From positions 1 through 55,112 of the forward strand of contig CAIZIQ010000282.1 in the NCBI GenBank assembly GCA_903933015.1: a stretch of DNA of 55,112 nt. Reading direction: 5' to 3'. Origin of the DNA: an uncultured Spartobacteria bacterium. Lineage in GTDB: Bacteria > Verrucomicrobiota > Verrucomicrobiia > Chthoniobacterales > UBA6821. The notes beneath the pieces were generated by a model, which ran no database searches, was not told the DNA's origin, and was given only the letters and a program-made list of their open reading frames with translations. Both the position numbers and the translations under genes were made by a program. Below, one piece after another: positions 54,736 to 55,112 of this stretch; the stretch's first letter is position 1, and every line of letters starts with the position of its first letter.

Positions 54736-55112
54736 ATGGACGAACTGATTCTCACCACCGCCCGTGACGCGGCCCTCGCCGCCGGGGGCATGATCCGCGG
54801 ACACTTTGAAAGCGAACTCAATGTCGATGCCGCCGAAGCGCACGATATCAAACTCGAGCTCGACCGCCGCTCCCAGGCGCTCATCGAGTCGCTGGTCCTC
54901 GCGGTGTATCCGGATCACGCGATCTACGGGGAGGAGGGGGTGCGCGGTGACCAGAATGCCGCTGACCAGTGGATCATCGACCCGATTGACGGGACCGTGA
55001 ATTTCTTCTACGGCATCCCTCACTTCGCCGTCTCCATCGCTCACCGCCGTAACGGAGTCATCACTGCGGGAGTGATCTATCAGCCGATGACGGATGAACT
55101 TTGGGCAGCCTC
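54736..55112 (+). CDS. Inositol monophosphatase family protein (SuhB-like), 3-prime end beyond the window
   Basis: Manual translation from ATG 54736 gives MDELILTTARDAALAAGGMIRGHF...YGEEG...WIIDPIDGTVNFFYGIPHFAVSIA.... The EE and DPIDGT motifs define the IMPase family. It is not in the ORF track because no stop is reached. Confidence 0.85.
   Translation, partial: MDELILTTARDAALAAGGMIRGHFESELNVDAAEAHDIKLELDRRSQALIESLVLAVYPDHAIYGEEGVRGDQNAADQWIIDPIDGTVNFFYGIPHFAVSIAHRRNGVITAGVIYQPMTDELWAA

Overview
This 55.1-kb window is a high-GC bacterial chromosomal segment. Hand counts of sampled 60-nt lines give about 60-68% GC in most genes, with clear lower-GC patches. It is dominated by core housekeeping genes: ppk, gatB, smc, eda, bioF, a DEAD-box helicase, a NuoG-like protein, mpl, rpe, lpdA, mnmG, glnD, yicC, gmk, coaC and a suhB-like gene. 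There are also many envelope genes: three GT-C-type membrane glycosyltransferases plus a GT2, OmpA-family and TamB-like proteins, an FtsX permease and a TonB-dependent uptake cluster. I support about 43 CDS. One is a 58-aa Lys/Ala-rich histone-H1-like gene below the ORF-track cutoff, and one is a 3-prime-truncated inositol monophosphatase gene at the right edge. I also call two tRNAs, Gly-UCC and Ser-GGA, and a 70-nt decayed copy of the tRNA-Ser. I found no transposase, integrase, CRISPR array, rRNA or recognisable defence system. I cannot honestly point to a convincing new multi-gene system. The observations most worth follow-up are these. (1) A promoter-proximal TTCCTGAG tandem-octamer motif recurs at five sites, each about 50-85 nt upstream of a start codon. 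(2) An AT-rich, repeat-dense 390-bp intergenic region lies next to mnmG, where gene orientation switches; it could be oriC or a complex regulatory region. It sits in a roughly 5-kb GC trough that ends inside glnD. (3) A TonB-dependent uptake cluster carries three Cys-motif accessory proteins. (4) The histone-like gene has DnaA-box-like direct repeats over its promoter. (5) The tRNA-Ser is partly duplicated. The Lys/Ala-rich nucleoid protein and the envelope gene content weakly suggest a PVC/Verrucomicrobia-type organism. That is inference only.
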